64,000 nucleotides of DNA, from positions 64,001-128,000 of the forward strand of contig CAVRAL010000001.1 in NCBI GenBank assembly GCA_963719085.1, in the 5' to 3' direction. The notes under the pieces were generated by a model. That model was not told the origin of the DNA, did not search any database, and was given only the letters and a program-made list of their open reading frames with translations. Positions 37,469-53,932 of the stretch are shown here, piece by piece; within the stretch, counting starts at the first letter, position 1; every line of letters begins with the position of its first letter. The DNA is from a candidate division FCPU426 bacterium. Lineage in GTDB: Bacteria; Oederibacteriota; Muellerivitia; Muellerivitales; Muellerivitaceae. The translations under genes and the position numbers were made by a program.

Positions 37469-38536
37469 ATGCTGGAACTAAAATTACAAACAGCCCAGAA
37501 ACGGTTCGAGGAATTATCCAACCGTCTCAGCAACCCCGCGTCCATCCCCAACTCGGCCGAGCTTCAGAAACTCACGATTGAGCGGGCGGATTTGGAGCCG
37601 CTGGTGGAGAAAATATCCGAGTTTAGGCAATGGACCCGTGAGAAGGCGGAGGCCGAGGCACTTTTAACCGGCGGGGATCCGGGAATGAAGGATTTGGCCC
37701 AGGCCGAGATCCCTTCGCTGAACGAGAAAATCGCGGCGGCCGAAAAAGAAATCAAGCGCATGCTTTTGCCAAAGGACTTGGATGGGGTTAAAAACGCCAT
37801 TATGGAAATTAGGGCCGGCACCGGCGGGGACGAGGCGGCGCTTTTCGTGGGGGATTTATTCCGCATGTATACGCGCTATATCGAGAAAATCGGGCTCAAA
37901 GTGGACTTGATCGACGCCAGTCCAACGGAGATCGGCGGGTTTAAAGAAGTGGTTTTTGAAATCAACGGCAAAGGCGCTTATGGGAAGTTCCGGTTTGAAA
38001 GCGGCACCCACCGGGTTCAGCGGGTTCCTAAAACCGAGGCGTCCGGCCGGGTCCACACTTCGGCGGTTACGGTGGCGGTGCTGCCCGAGGTGGATGAGGT
38101 GGAAGTTGAAATTAAAAACGCGGACCTTCGCATTGATACCTTTTGTTCCTCGGGCGCCGGCGGTCAAAGCGTGAACACCACTTATTCGGCGGTGCGCATC
38201 ACCCATATTCCGTCGGGGTTGGTGGTCCAATGCCAGGACGAGCGTTCCCAGTTGAAGAATAAGGCGAAGGCCATGAAAGTTTTGTATGCGCGGCTCAAGG
38301 AAAAAATGGACAACGAAGCCAACTCCAAGATCGCCCAAGCGAGAAAAAGCCAAGTCGGGAGCGGGGATCGCAGCGAGAAAATAAGAACTTATAATTTTCC
38401 CCAGAACCGGGTGACGGACCATCGCATCGGCCTGACCCTTTATCAATTGGACCGGGTGATGGACGGAAATTTAGGCGAGTTTGTTGAGGCCTTGGCTTTA
38501 ACTTTTCAGGAAGAACAACTTCAAACGCAGCTTTAA
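37469..38536 (+). CDS. prfA: Peptide chain release factor 1
   Basis: [20 protein letters not shown] (PxT motif of RF1), GAGGQ and [15 protein letters not shown]. Confidence 0.99.
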   Translation: MLELKLQTAQKRFEELSNRLSNPASIPNSAELQKLTIERADLEPLVEKISEFRQWTREKAEAEALLTGGDPGMKDLAQAEIPSLNEKIAAAEKEIKRMLLPKDLDGVKNAIMEIRAGTGGDEAALFVGDLFRMYTRYIEKIGLKVDLIDASPTEIGGFKEVVFEINGKGAYGKFRFESGTHRVQRVPKTEASGRVHTSAVTVAVLPEVDEVEVEIKNADLRIDTFCSSGAGGQSVNTTYSAVRITHIPSGLVVQCQDERSQLKNKAKAMKVLYARLKEKMDNEANSKIAQARKSQVGSGDRSEKIRTYNFPQNRVTDHRIGLTLYQLDRVMDGNLGEFVEALALTFQEEQLQTQL

Positions 38537-38550
38537 GGGTTCCCCGCACT

Positions 38551-39438
38551 ATGGTTGAAAAGACGCCGGCGCCTGAAATTTGGACTCCCTTAAAAATTTT
38601 ACAATGGGCGGTTCCTTTCCTGGCCAAAAAGGGAATTGAGAGCGCCCGGTTTGACGCCGAATGTTTGATCGCGGCGGCGCTTCAATTAGACCGGCTGAAG
38701 GTTTATTTACAATTTGACCGGCCCCTGGATCCGCGGGAATTGGCCATCATCCGGGATTATTTATCCCGCCGGGCCCAGCATGAGCCGGTGGCTTACATTT
38801 TGGGCCAAAGGGAATTTTATGGAAAACCGTTCAAGGTCACCCGGGACGTTTTGATTCCCCGGCCCGAAACGGAGCATTTGGTGGAAGGCGCCCTCGGTTT
38901 TTTAAAGACGCTCCCGGCTGAAAATAGGCTTGTTCTGGAACTGGGGGTGGGGAGCGGCTGTATTTCTATTTCGCTGGCTTTGAATGAAAAAGCCCAAATT
39001 TGGGGTGTGGATCTTTCGGATAAGGCTTTAAAGATTGCCGAGGAAAACAGCCAAAACCTGGGGGTTTCCATTCAATGGCGTCAGGGTTCTTGGTTTTCCG
39101 GCTTAAATGACACGGACCCGGCCCAATTTCAGCTGATTGTCAGCAATCCCCCCTACATTCCGGAGAGTGAAAGGGTGGAGTTGGCGCCGGATATTCTTGA
39201 ATTTGAGCCCCAAATGGCCCTTTTTTCAGGACCGAGCGGATTGGAAGCCTATGAAGCGATTGCCCAAGAGTTATGGGAAAGGCTTCTTCCAGGCGGACAG
39301 GCTTACTTAGAACTGCATGGGACCAGGCTTGAGGCGATTCAAAAGGTGTTTGAGGGTAAACCCTGGGGGGTGGAAGTCTTGCCCGACCTCCAGGGTTTAC
39401 CGAGGGTACTGAACCTGAAAAAGTCAAGTAATTCTTGA
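38551..39438 (+). CDS. prmC: Release factor glutamine methyltransferase PrmC/HemK
   Basis: EPVAYILG, LIPRPETE, ELGVGSG and SNPPYI. Follows prfA. Confidence 0.97.
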   Translation: MVEKTPAPEIWTPLKILQWAVPFLAKKGIESARFDAECLIAAALQLDRLKVYLQFDRPLDPRELAIIRDYLSRRAQHEPVAYILGQREFYGKPFKVTRDVLIPRPETEHLVEGALGFLKTLPAENRLVLELGVGSGCISISLALNEKAQIWGVDLSDKALKIAEENSQNLGVSIQWRQGSWFSGLNDTDPAQFQLIVSNPPYIPESERVELAPDILEFEPQMALFSGPSGLEAYEAIAQELWERLLPGGQAYLELHGTRLEAIQKVFEGKPWGVEVLPDLQGLPRVLNLKKSSNS

Positions 39439-39464
39439 CTTTCTTCAAAGCGGCTTTCTATAAT
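39435..39464 (+). promoter_or_regulatory. Sigma70 promoter directly upstream of rpoB
   Basis: TTGACT-N18-TATAAT, with the -35 overlapping the prmC stop codon. Confidence 0.75.
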
Positions 39465-39553
39465 CACCCCTCTTCGCCCAAAACGAGAAAAATCTTTTTT
39501 TCTCGTTTTTTTTATCTCGTGGGGCAATGCCACTCTCGTCTGGAGGATTTTCG

Positions 39554-43246
<3,693 letters not shown>

Positions 43247-43259
43247 GGAGGGGGACCCA

Positions 43260-46200
43260 ATGACACAAAACGTAAAATCAACCGCCCCTGAAAATAGCAA
43301 TGAAGCCGTAAACCCCATGCCGTTGGACGCCGCCGCGGCGCCCGCCATCGTCGTGGAAAAGGCCAAGACCGATCCTTTGGAAACCTTCCTCAAGGAAACG
43401 GTCCGCTTTGACGCCATCAAAATTGGCTTGGCTTCGCCGGATACAATTAAGTCTTGGTCCCATGGCGAGGTGAAAAAACCCGAAACCATCAATTACCGCA
43501 CCTTCAAGCCCGAAAAGAACGGGTTGTTCTGCGAGAAAATTTTCGGTCCTACCAAGGACTGGGAATGCGCTTGCGGTAAGTACAAACGCATCAAGTATAA
43601 AGACGTTATTTGCGACCGTTGCGGCGTGGAAGTTACCCAGGCCAAGGTGCGCCGGGAGCGGATGGGCCATATTGAGTTGGCTTGCTTGGTCTCGCACATC
43701 TGGTATCTCAAGGGTGTTCCGTCCCGTATGGGCTATTTGCTCGAGATGTCCACCCGTAATTTGGAACGGGTTATTTATTATGAATCCTACGTGGTGACCG
43801 ACCCGGGCAAAGCCCCGGTGGAAGCCCGCCAATTGCTCTCGGAAGACGAATATCAAAAGTTGCGCCAAGAATACGGGGCCTCGGTGAAAGCCAAGATGGG
43901 CGCCGAAGCCATTCGTGATTTGATCCGCGCGGTTGATTTGGAAGATTTGGACAAGACCCTTCGCGTCCAGATGAAGCAAACCACCAGCGAACAAAAACGC
44001 AAAACCATCATCAAACGTTTGAAGGTCATTGAAAGCTTCCGCAAGAGCGATAACAAGCCCGAGTGGATGTTCCTGGAAGTGCTGCCGGTCATTCCGCCGG
44101 AGCTTCGCCCGCTGGTGCCGCTGGATGGCGGTCGTTTCGCCACCTCGGATTTGAACGACTTATACCGCCGCGTGATCAACCGCAACAACCGCTTGAAAAA
44201 GCTTTTGGAGCTGCACGCGCCCGAAGTCATCGTGCGCAACGAAAAACGCATGTTGCAGGAAGCCGTGGATGCGTTGCTGGATAACGGACGCCGCGGTCAC
44301 GCCGTGCGGGGACCCGGCAACCGCCCGCTGAAATCCCTCTCCGATATGTTGAAAGGAAAACAAGGCCGTTTCCGCCAGAACCTCTTAGGAAAGCGCGTCG
44401 ATTATTCCGGCCGTTCCGTCATTGTGGTGGGACCGGAATTGAAGATGCATCAATGCGGATTGCCCAAGAAAATGGCTTTGGAACTTTTCAAGCCTTTCAT
44501 TATTAAAAAGCTGGAAGACCGCGGCTATGTCCATACGATTAAGAGCGCCCGCAAGATGGTGGAGCGCGTGAAGCCCGAAGTGTGGGACATTTTGGCCGAG
44601 GTCATCCAAGATCATTATGTGCTCCTGAACCGCGCCCCGACGCTTCACCGCCAGGGGATCCAGGCTTTCCAACCGGTTTTGATTGAAGGCCGAGCCCTTC
44701 AGATCCATCCGTTGGTTTGCACGGCTTTCAACGCGGACTTTGACGGCGATCAAATGGCCGTCCACGTTCCTCTGTCCAGCGAAGCCCAATTGGAAGCGCG
44801 CTTCCTGATGCTCTCCACCAACAACATCAACTCCACCGCCAACGGCCGTCCCATCGTGACCCCGACGCAGGACATTGTTTTGGGTTCTTACTATGTGACC
44901 AAAGAATTGCCGGGCGCCAAGGGCGAAGGCAAAATCTTTTCCAGCGTCCGTGAAGTCGTCATCGCCCATGAGTCGGGCGAAGTGGCCAAGCACGCCAAGA
45001 TTAAAGTCCGCCGCAATGGAAAGATGATTGAAACCACGGTGGGCCGAATCCTTTTCAACGAAGTCATCCCGAACGAGCTGCCTTACGTCAACCGGGTCAT
45101 GAACAAGAAAGAATTGGGGGATCTGGTCGCCCTTTGCTACGAAAAGTTGGGCCAAGATAAGACGGTCAAACTTTTGGACGATATCAAGGAAGTCGGGTTC
45201 AAGTACGCCAGTAAGGCCGGTATCACGGTCTCCATCGACGATATGAAGATCCCGAAAGACAAGCCCGAGATCCTGAAGCGTTCTTATAAGGACGTGGCGG
45301 AAATCGAGAACCAGTATAAGAAGGGTATCATCACCGCCGGTGAGCGCTACAACAAGGTCATCGACATCTGGACCCATACCACCGATGAGATCGCCGAAGT
45401 GATGTTTGAAAACCTGAAAAAGGACGAATACGGTTTCAACCCGATCTTCATGATGGCGGACTCCGGAGCCCGCGGTTCCAAGATGCAGATCCGGCAGTTG
45501 GCCGGGATGCGCGGACTGATGGCCAAGCCCCTGCAGAAAATCACCGGTTCCATCGGTGAAATCATCGAATCGCCCATTACCGCCAATTTCCGGGAAGGCT
45601 TGACGGTTTTGGAATATTTCATCTCAACCCACGGCGCCCGTAAGGGATTGGCCGATACGGCCTTGAAGACCGCCGACGCCGGTTACTTGACGCGCCGGTT
45701 GGTGGACGTAGCCCAAGAAGTCATCATCAACATCGAGGATTGCGGCACCACCAATGGAATCCGCGTGAACGCCATCAAGGAAGGTCTTGAGATTATCGAG
45801 CCCTTGAAGGACCGCATTGGAGGACGGGTGGCCGTCGATAACGTGGCCAACTTGTTAACCTCGGAAGTGATCGTGAAGGCCGGACAGGTCATCACGGAGC
45901 AAATCGCAGAAAAGCTGGAAGAAGCCGGCATCGAGCAGATGCGGGTCCGCTCGGTTTTGACTTGCGAATTGGAGCGCGGTGTTTGCGCCAAGTGCTACGG
46001 CATCAACTTGGCCAACGGGCGCGAGGTTCAAATCGGGGAGGCGGTCGGCATTATCGCCGCCCAATCCATCGGGGAACCGGGCACTCAGTTGACCCTTCGT
46101 ACCTTCCACGTCGGTGGAGCGGCCAGCCGCGCGCTGGAACAATCCAAGATCGAGGTCGGCAAAACAGGCCGGCTTCGTTTCCACAACCTTCGGGTGGTGG

Positions 46201-47510
46201 AGAATCGTAACAAAGAACTCGTGGTTTTGAACCGCAACGGAGAGCTTTCCCTCTATGACGACAAGGGTCGCACGTTGGAAACCCATACGGTTCCTTTCGG
46301 ATCGGCCTTGAAGTTCAAGGAAGATGATCTGGTCAAGGAAGGCCAATTGGTCGCCAGCTGGGATCTTTATAAAGTCCCGATTTTCTCCGAAGTGAGCGGT
46401 GTGGTGAAATTGCAGGACGTGATCCGCGGCGTGACCGTCCGGGAAGAAATTGACTCGAGCACGGGCTTAAAAGAACGCGCAATCATCGAATATAAAGATG
46501 AGAACCTTTCGCCGCGCTGCGTGATCATGGACGCTAACAGCGGGGAAGCCTTGAAGAGCTACCGCTTGCCGACGGGTTCACTCATCAACGTCAGCGACGG
46601 CGATAAAATCATGGCCGGGGACGTTTTGTCCAAGCTCCCGCGCCAAATGTCGAAAACCCGGGACATCACCGGCGGTCTGCCGCGGGTGGCCGAGCTCTTT
46701 GAAGCTCGCCGCCCGAAGAGCAACGCGGTCATCGCGAAGATCGCGGGAACCGTGGCTTTCGGCGGGGTTTCCAAGGGTTATCAAAAGATCGTGATCACCA
46801 ATACCGAAGGCAAAAAGTCGATCGAGGAAGAATACTCGATCCCCTACGGTAAACACATGAATGTCCACGAAGGCGACTATGTCCGCGCGGGAGACGCTTT
46901 GACCGATGGACCGGTCGATCCGCACGACATTCTCGAGGTTCAGGGTGAGTCGGTGGTCCAGGAATACTTGCTCGGCAAGGTTCAGGAAGTTTACCGCCTC
47001 CAGGGTGTGAAAATTAACGACAAGCACATCGAAGTTATTGTCCGGCAGATGATGCGCAAGGTGGTTGTGCAGGAAGAAGGGGATACCGAATTCCTGCCCA
47101 AGCAGCAGGTCGATAAGATGAAGTTCCGCAAAGAAAACGAGAGGGTGCTTGAGAAAGACGGCAAGCCGGCGACGGCCCGCACGATTCTTTTGGGTATCAC
47201 CAAGGCTTCTTTGGGAACCGAAAGCTTTATTTCGGCGGCCAGCTTCCAAGAAACCACTAAGGTTCTGACGGAAGCCGCGGTTTCCGGTAAAGTCGACGAT
47301 TTGCGCGGACTTAAAGAAAACGTGATTATGGGTCATTTGATTCCCGCGGGAACGGGTTCGGCTTTCTATAAAGGCATGAAAATTAAGGTCGACGAGCCGG
47401 AAGATGAGCTTCCGATCGCGATTACAGCGGCTCCCACCGTTGAAATCGATGATATCGACTTTAAAGCCGAGGATGGGGACTTGGACAAGAAAGTCCTTGA
47501 CCAGGCCTAG
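43260..47510 (+). CDS. rpoC: RNA polymerase beta' subunit
   Basis: Zn finger CACGK..CDRC, NADFDGD and [15 protein letters not shown], with an SI3-type trigger-loop insertion. Confidence 0.99.
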   Translation: MTQNVKSTAPENSNEAVNPMPLDAAAAPAIVVEKAKTDPLETFLKETVRFDAIKIGLASPDTIKSWSHGEVKKPETINYRTFKPEKNGLFCEKIFGPTKDWECACGKYKRIKYKDVICDRCGVEVTQAKVRRERMGHIELACLVSHIWYLKGVPSRMGYLLEMSTRNLERVIYYESYVVTDPGKAPVEARQLLSEDEYQKLRQEYGASVKAKMGAEAIRDLIRAVDLEDLDKTLRVQMKQTTSEQKRKTIIKRLKVIESFRKSDNKPEWMFLEVLPVIPPELRPLVPLDGGRFATSDLNDLYRRVINRNNRLKKLLELHAPEVIVRNEKRMLQEAVDALLDNGRRGHAVRGPGNRPLKSLSDMLKGKQGRFRQNLLGKRVDYSGRSVIVVGPELKMHQCGLPKKMALELFKPFIIKKLEDRGYVHTIKSARKMVERVKPEVWDILAEVIQDHYVLLNRAPTLHRQGIQAFQPVLIEGRALQIHPLVCTAFNADFDGDQMAVHVPLSSEAQLEARFLMLSTNNINSTANGRPIVTPTQDIVLGSYYVTKELPGAKGEGKIFSSVREVVIAHESGEVAKHAKIKVRRNGKMIETTVGRILFNEVIPNELPYVNRVMNKKELGDLVALCYEKLGQDKTVKLLDDIKEVGFKYASKAGITVSIDDMKIPKDKPEILKRSYKDVAEIENQYKKGIITAGERYNKVIDIWTHTTDEIAEVMFENLKKDEYGFNPIFMMADSGARGSKMQIRQLAGMRGLMAKPLQKITGSIGEIIESPITANFREGLTVLEYFISTHGARKGLADTALKTADAGYLTRRLVDVAQEVIINIEDCGTTNGIRVNAIKEGLEIIEPLKDRIGGRVAVDNVANLLTSEVIVKAGQVITEQIAEKLEEAGIEQMRVRSVLTCELERGVCAKCYGINLANGREVQIGEAVGIIAAQSIGEPGTQLTLRTFHVGGAASRALEQSKIEVGKTGRLRFHNLRVVENRNKELVVLNRNGELSLYDDKGRTLETHTVPFGSALKFKEDDLVKEGQLVASWDLYKVPIFSEVSGVVKLQDVIRGVTVREEIDSSTGLKERAIIEYKDENLSPRCVIMDANSGEALKSYRLPTGSLINVSDGDKIMAGDVLSKLPRQMSKTRDITGGLPRVAELFEARRPKSNAVIAKIAGTVAFGGVSKGYQKIVITNTEGKKSIEEEYSIPYGKHMNVHEGDYVRAGDALTDGPVDPHDILEVQGESVVQEYLLGKVQEVYRLQGVKINDKHIEVIVRQMMRKVVVQEEGDTEFLPKQQVDKMKFRKENERVLEKDGKPATARTILLGITKASLGTESFISAASFQETTKVLTEAAVSGKVDDLRGLKENVIMGHLIPAGTGSAFYKGMKIKVDEPEDELPIAITAAPTVEIDDIDFKAEDGDLDKKVLDQA

Positions 47511-47686
47511 GCCTTTTGGTAGCCTACTGCTCCGCGTTTGAGCCCGTTGTGAGGTTTGAAGTGTAGTAAAACCTTCTTTTCGGATGGGATTTCCTGTCCG
47601 AAATGGTGAGCAAGAGGAGGGCTTTGCTTGACGATTCCCCCCAGATCCTTCGGGAGCTGGGGCAGATGATAATGGAATATTCGATC

Positions 47687-47726
47687 GGCAAAGGCGGAGC
47701 TCACTGTCTTTGCCTTTTTTATTTTT
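47687..47726 (+). terminator. Terminator-like hairpin between rpoC and rpsL
   Basis: GGCAAAGGCGG-agctca-CTGTCTTTGCC followed by TTTTTTATTTTT. Confidence 0.6.
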
Positions 47727-47757
47727 AGACTATTTTTAGACCCTGTGGAGGGACAAG

Positions 47758-48150
47758 TTGCCGACCCTAAATCAATTGGTCCGGTTAGGCCGGGAAAAAA
47801 GTAAGCGTAAAACCAAATCCCCCGCTTTGAAGGCTTGCCCTCAAAAGCGCGGTGTTTGCGTGAAGGTCGCCACGATGACGCCGAAAAAGCCGAACTCGGC
47901 TTTGCGTAAAATCGCCCGTGTGCGTTTAACCAACGGAATGGAAGTCACTTGTTACATTCCGGGTGTGGGTCATAACCTGCAGGAGCATTCGATTGTCTTG
48001 ATTCGCGGCGGTCGCGTGAAGGACTTGCCGGGCGTTCGGTATCACATTGTCCGCGGGGCGCTCGACGCTTCCGGAGTGGCCGACCGTAAACAAGGACGTT
48101 CAAAGTATGGGATGAAGCGGCCGAAAAAAGAAGCCGTCGCCAAGAAGTAG
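47758..48150 (+). CDS. rpsL: 30S ribosomal protein uS12
   Basis: [10 protein letters not shown] and [15 protein letters not shown] start after GGAGG. Confidence 0.99.
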   Translation: MPTLNQLVRLGREKSKRKTKSPALKACPQKRGVCVKVATMTPKKPNSALRKIARVRLTNGMEVTCYIPGVGHNLQEHSIVLIRGGRVKDLPGVRYHIVRGALDASGVADRKQGRSKYGMKRPKKEAVAKK

Positions 48151-48169
48151 AAAATAAGGAGAGCGATTC

Positions 48170-48640
48170 ATGCCTCGTCGAAAAGTAGCCGCGAGACGGG
48201 AAATCCTTGGGGATTCCCGTTACAACAACAAATTGGTCGCCAAGTTCATCAATTCGATGATGTACAACGGCCAAAAAATGGTCGCCACCCGCAGCTTTTA
48301 TGATGCCCTGGATCTTTTGGGCGAAAAGCATGGAGAGGGCGCTTTGAACGTGTTTAAGACGGCGATCGACAACATCAAGCCCGTCTTGGAAGTGAAATCC
48401 CGCCGCGTGGGCGGAGCCACTTACCAGGTTCCGGTTGAAATTCGGCCTGAACGCCGCACCTCGCTGGCGATCCGCTGGGTTTTGACGGCCGCCCGCGCCC
48501 GTAAAGAGAAGACGATCGCCGAGAAGTTGGCGATGGAATTAACCGACGCTTTCAAAAATCAGGGAACGGCGATTAAGAAAAAAGAAGACACGCACAAAAT
48601 GGCGGAAGCTAACCAAGCCTTCGCCCACTACCGCTGGTAA
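48170..48640 (+). CDS. rpsG: 30S ribosomal protein uS7
   Basis: [16 protein letters not shown] and [15 protein letters not shown]. Confidence 0.99.
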   Translation: MPRRKVAARREILGDSRYNNKLVAKFINSMMYNGQKMVATRSFYDALDLLGEKHGEGALNVFKTAIDNIKPVLEVKSRRVGGATYQVPVEIRPERRTSLAIRWVLTAARARKEKTIAEKLAMELTDAFKNQGTAIKKKEDTHKMAEANQAFAHYRW

Positions 48641-48653
48641 TTGAGGATTTAAA

Positions 48654-50735
48654 GTGACGACACGACAAGTACCCTTAGCCAAGACGCGTAATATCGGCAT
48701 TATGGCCCATATTGACGCGGGTAAAACCACCTTGACCGAGCGTATCCTTTTTTATACGGGCCGCACGCACAAGATCGGTGAAGTTCATGATGGCGCGGCC
48801 ACCATGGACTGGATGCCGCAAGAGCAAGAGCGCGGAATCACGATCACCTCGGCTGCCACGACTTGTTTCTGGAAGACCAATCGGGTCAACATCATTGATA
48901 CCCCGGGGCACGTCGACTTCACCATTGAAGTCGAGCGTTCTTTGCGGGTTTTGGACGGCGCTATCGGCGTTTTCGGCGCGGTCGAAGGGGTGGAGCCCCA
49001 ATCCGAAACGGTTTGGCGCCAAGCCACTAATTACGGGGTTCCCCGCATCGCTTTCGTGAACAAAATGGACCGCGTGGGCGCCGATTATTTCGCCGCCATT
49101 GATCAAATGCGAAGCCGCTTAAACGCCAACGCTCACGCGGTGGCCTTGCCGGTGGGCGATGAGGAAAAGTTTGACGGAATCATCCACCTGGTTGAAATGA
49201 AGCGCTATCGTTGGTTGGATGACAGCTTGGGTGCTAAGTTTGAGATTGAGGAAATCCCGGCTGACATGAGAGAAAAGGCTGATAAATACCGCAAAGAACT
49301 GGTGGAGGCGGTCGCCGAATTTGACGATGACGTCATGCAAAAGTATTTGGACGGTAAAGAAATCACCGAGGAAGAATTAAAAACCTGCATCCGCAAAGGG
49401 ACCATCTCCAACAAGTTCAATCCGGTTTTTTGCGGCTCGGCTTTTAAAAACAAGGGTGTTCAACCCCTGTTGGACGCCGTCATTAACTACCTGCCCTCTC
49501 CGCTGGATATTCCCCCAGTGAAGGGACACAACGCGGATACGGGCGAGGAAGAAACCCGTGAAGCCAACGACGACGCCCCCTTTTCCGCCTTGGCTTTTAA
49601 AATCATGACTGATCCCCACGTGGGGAAATTGGTTTACTTCCGGGTCTATTCGGGAAGCTTGTCCATTGGTTCTTATGTTTACAACTCCACCAAGGGCAAC
49701 CGGGAACGCGTCGGCCGCTTGCTTCAAATGCACGCCAACAAGCGCGAGGAAATTAAAGAAGTTCATTCAGGCGATATCGCCGCCACCGTCGGGATCAAAA
49801 CCATTACCACGGGCGATACCCTTTGCCTGGAAGAAAAGCCGATCATCCTTGAAAAGATGGTTTTCCCCCAGCCGGTGATTTCGGTGGCCATCGAGCCCAA
49901 GACCAAAGTCGACCAAGAAAAGATGGGCTTGGCTTTGAGCAAGCTGGCTGAAGAAGATCCGTCCTTCCGCGTGAAGAGCGACGAGGAAACGGGACAAACG
50001 ATCATCGCCGGAATGGGCGAACTTCACTTGGAAATCATCGTCGACCGGATGATGCGCGAATTTAATGTTCAGGCCAACGTGGGCAAGCCCCAAGTGGCCT
50101 ACCGCGAAACCATCCGTAAGAGCGTCGAGGCTGAAGGAAAGTACATCCGTCAAACCGGCGGTCGCGGCCAATACGGCCACGTGTTTATCACCATGGAGCC
50201 CCAAGAGCCGGGCAAGGGAATTGAGTTCGTGGACGCGGTCAAGGGTGGAACGGTTCCGCGTGAATATATTCCGGCGGTTGAAAAAGGAATTAATGAAGCC
50301 AAGGATACGGGTGTTTTGGCCGGCTATCCGGTGGTCGATTTCAAAGTGACCTTAACCGATGGCTCTTACCACGATGTGGACTCGAACGAAATGGCGTTTA
50401 AGATCGCGGCCTCGATGGCCTTTAAAGAAGCCATGCGCAACGCGGAGCCGATTATTCTTGAACCGGTGATGGACGTGGAAGTCGTGACTCCGGATGATTT
50501 TATGGGTCCGGTAATGGGCGATCTTCAGTCTAAACGCGGAAAAATTGAAGGTATGGAATTGCGGGGAACGGCGCAAATTATCCGCTCCAAGGTTCCGCTG
50601 TCCGAGATGTTCGGTTACTCAACGAACCTTCGTTCGATGACGCAGGGCCGGGCTACGTATACGATGCAGTTCGCGCATTACGAGGAGACCCCTCGTTCGA
50701 TTCAACAAGAAATTATCGCGAAGGTCAAAGGCTGA
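48654..50735 (+). CDS. fusA: Elongation factor G
   Basis: [23 protein letters not shown] and GMGELHL. Confidence 0.99.
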   Translation: MTTRQVPLAKTRNIGIMAHIDAGKTTLTERILFYTGRTHKIGEVHDGAATMDWMPQEQERGITITSAATTCFWKTNRVNIIDTPGHVDFTIEVERSLRVLDGAIGVFGAVEGVEPQSETVWRQATNYGVPRIAFVNKMDRVGADYFAAIDQMRSRLNANAHAVALPVGDEEKFDGIIHLVEMKRYRWLDDSLGAKFEIEEIPADMREKADKYRKELVEAVAEFDDDVMQKYLDGKEITEEELKTCIRKGTISNKFNPVFCGSAFKNKGVQPLLDAVINYLPSPLDIPPVKGHNADTGEEETREANDDAPFSALAFKIMTDPHVGKLVYFRVYSGSLSIGSYVYNSTKGNRERVGRLLQMHANKREEIKEVHSGDIAATVGIKTITTGDTLCLEEKPIILEKMVFPQPVISVAIEPKTKVDQEKMGLALSKLAEEDPSFRVKSDEETGQTIIAGMGELHLEIIVDRMMREFNVQANVGKPQVAYRETIRKSVEAEGKYIRQTGGRGQYGHVFITMEPQEPGKGIEFVDAVKGGTVPREYIPAVEKGINEAKDTGVLAGYPVVDFKVTLTDGSYHDVDSNEMAFKIAASMAFKEAMRNAEPIILEPVMDVEVVTPDDFMGPVMGDLQSKRGKIEGMELRGTAQIIRSKVPLSEMFGYSTNLRSMTQGRATYTMQFAHYEETPRSIQQEIIAKVKG

Positions 50736-50777
50736 TTTAATTCGCGTCCCGAAGGGGACGTCAGAGGAGGCGGTTCT

Positions 50778-51968
<1,191 letters not shown>

Positions 51969-51998
51969 CTAGACCGATCAAAAGATAAAGAGGAAAGC

Positions 51999-52316
51999 AT
52001 GGCGACGGCCACGAGTCAAAAAATCAGAATCAAGTTGAAAGCTTACGATCACCGTTTGTTAGACCGTTCGACGGTGGAGATCATTGAGACGGTGCGGCGT
52101 ACGGGCGCGGTAGTTTTGGGCCCGGTGCCGTTGCCGACCGAGATCAATCGTTACACGGTTTTGCGCAGCCCGCATGTGGATAAGAAGTCGCGGGAACAAT
52201 TCGAGATTCGCACCCACAAACGCCTGGTGGATATCGTGAATCCGAATCAACGGACCATTGATTCGTTGATGAAGTTGGACTTGCCGGCGGGTGTTGACGT
52301 CGAAATTAAGCTTTAA
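51999..52316 (+). CDS. rpsJ: 30S ribosomal protein uS10
   Basis: [17 protein letters not shown] and [13 protein letters not shown]. Confidence 0.99.
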   Translation: MATATSQKIRIKLKAYDHRLLDRSTVEIIETVRRTGAVVLGPVPLPTEINRYTVLRSPHVDKKSREQFEIRTHKRLVDIVNPNQRTIDSLMKLDLPAGVDVEIKL

Positions 52317-52323
52317 GGAATAA

Positions 52324-52965
52324 ATGATGAAGTCCTTAATTGGAAAAAAAATCGGTCAGACCACTTTCTTTGAGGAGAGCGGCAAAGCGACCCATGTGAC
52401 GGTTTTAGAGATGGGCCCCTGCGTGGTGATTCAAAAAAAGACTTTGGAGAACGACGGTTATCAATCCATTCAACTGGGTTACGCCGAACGTAAAGAAAAA
52501 CACACGACCAAGGCCCAACAAGGCCATTTTAAAAAAGCCGGAGCCACTCCCAAGCGCGTTTTGAAAGAGTTTCGGGTGGAAGACGCCAACGCGTTCCAAG
52601 TGGGACAAACTTTAACTGTTGAGAATTTCAAGGATGTCGCGTGGGTCGATGTGACCGGCGTCACCAAGGGCAAGGGCTTCCAGGGTGTGGTTCGCCGCCA
52701 TGGCTTTTCCGGCGGACGCAACTCCCATGGAAGCATGTTTCACCGCGCTCCCGGCGGTATCGGCGCCTCGTCCGATCCGTCGCGCGTTTTCCCGGGGACC
52801 CGCATGCCGGGCCATATGGGGACTGATAAGAACACGATTTTAAACCTTCGCGTTGTGAAGGTGGATTCGGAAAACAACCTGTTGTTCGTGAAGGGCGCCG
52901 TGCCCGGAGCCGATGGACAAATTATCACTGTCCGGCCGAGCGTGAAAAAGAAAGCCAAAAAGTAA
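52324..52965 (+). CDS. rplC: 50S ribosomal protein uL3
   Basis: DGYQSIQLG, GKGFQGVVRRHGF, MPGHMG and VKGAVPG. Confidence 0.99.
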   Translation: MMKSLIGKKIGQTTFFEESGKATHVTVLEMGPCVVIQKKTLENDGYQSIQLGYAERKEKHTTKAQQGHFKKAGATPKRVLKEFRVEDANAFQVGQTLTVENFKDVAWVDVTGVTKGKGFQGVVRRHGFSGGRNSHGSMFHRAPGGIGASSDPSRVFPGTRMPGHMGTDKNTILNLRVVKVDSENNLLFVKGAVPGADGQIITVRPSVKKKAKK

Positions 52966-52977
52966 AGGGTGACTAAA

Positions 52978-53637
52978 ATGCCGAAAGCAAACGTATACAA
53001 TTCAACGGGTAAAGAGACCGGAACGATTGATCTGCCGGAAAACGTCTTCGGATTGAAGCCCCGGACCCATCATATTTGGCGGGGTGTGACGACTTATCTT
53101 TCCAACCAACGGTTGGGAACGGTCAATACCAAGACCAAAGGCGATGTTTCGGGCGGTGGTAAGAAGCCCTTTAAACAAAAGGGAACCGGCAGCGCCCGTC
53201 AGGGTTCCAGCCGCGCGGTTCAGTATGTGGGTGGCGGTATCGCCCACGGTCCCAAGCCTCGGGATTACTCCTTGGAATTACCCAAAAAGATGCGCCGCCA
53301 AGCTTTGGCCGAGTCCTTGTCTCAAAAGGCCTTGGAAGGCAAGGTCATGGTTATTGATGACATCCGGTTTGACGCTCCCAAGACCAAAAGCGCCACCACC
53401 CTTTTGAAGGGTTTGGGCGTGGATGCCAAGAAGTGCTTGGTGGTTTTAAACGACTCCAACGCCGTGGTTTTGAAAAGCTTCCGCAACCTTCGCGGGGTGA
53501 AGGTTTTGTCCCGCGAGAACTTGAACATCTTCGAAGTCGTGAACCACGAAGTGGTGGTCTTGACCAAGGAAGCTCTCGAAAAAATCGGGATCATGAAGAA
53601 AGAAACTTCCGCTTCCGTTCAGGAGAAGAGCAAATGA
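52978..53637 (+). CDS. rplD: 50S ribosomal protein uL4
   Basis: VSGGGKKP.KQKGTG.ARQGS, GPKPRDY and SFRNL. Alternative start is GTG 52969. Confidence 0.98.
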   Translation: MPKANVYNSTGKETGTIDLPENVFGLKPRTHHIWRGVTTYLSNQRLGTVNTKTKGDVSGGGKKPFKQKGTGSARQGSSRAVQYVGGGIAHGPKPRDYSLELPKKMRRQALAESLSQKALEGKVMVIDDIRFDAPKTKSATTLLKGLGVDAKKCLVVLNDSNAVVLKSFRNLRGVKVLSRENLNIFEVVNHEVVVLTKEALEKIGIMKKETSASVQEKSK

Positions 53638-53930
53638 AAAAAATACAAGACGTCATTGTCCGGCCACTGATCACCGAGCGCAGCACCCGGTTGAAGGAAC
53701 AAGGCAAGTATTCCTTTGAGGTTCACCCGAACGCCACCAAGCAAGAGATTCGTCAAGCGGTGGAGACGGTTTTCAAGAAGGAAAAAGTTGAAGTGGTGAA
53801 GGTCAACACGATTAATGTCCCGGGCAAGATCCGCCGGGTGGGTCGGAATGTTTCCAACGCCTATCGCTGGAAAAAGGCGATTGTGACCGTGAAGCCTGGT
53901 CAAAAAATTGAATTCTTTGAAGGGGCCTGA
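53634..53930 (+). CDS. rplW: 50S ribosomal protein uL23
   Basis: [20 protein letters not shown] and WKKAIV. Confidence 0.98.
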   Translation: MKKIQDVIVRPLITERSTRLKEQGKYSFEVHPNATKQEIRQAVETVFKKEKVEVVKVNTINVPGKIRRVGRNVSNAYRWKKAIVTVKPGQKIEFFEGA

Positions 53931-53932
53931 TT

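Noticed and set aside
50745..50760. Hairpin CGTCCC-GAAG-GGGACG between fusA and tuf
   Set aside because: A short stem without a U-tract; likely an ordinary mRNA stability or processing element.
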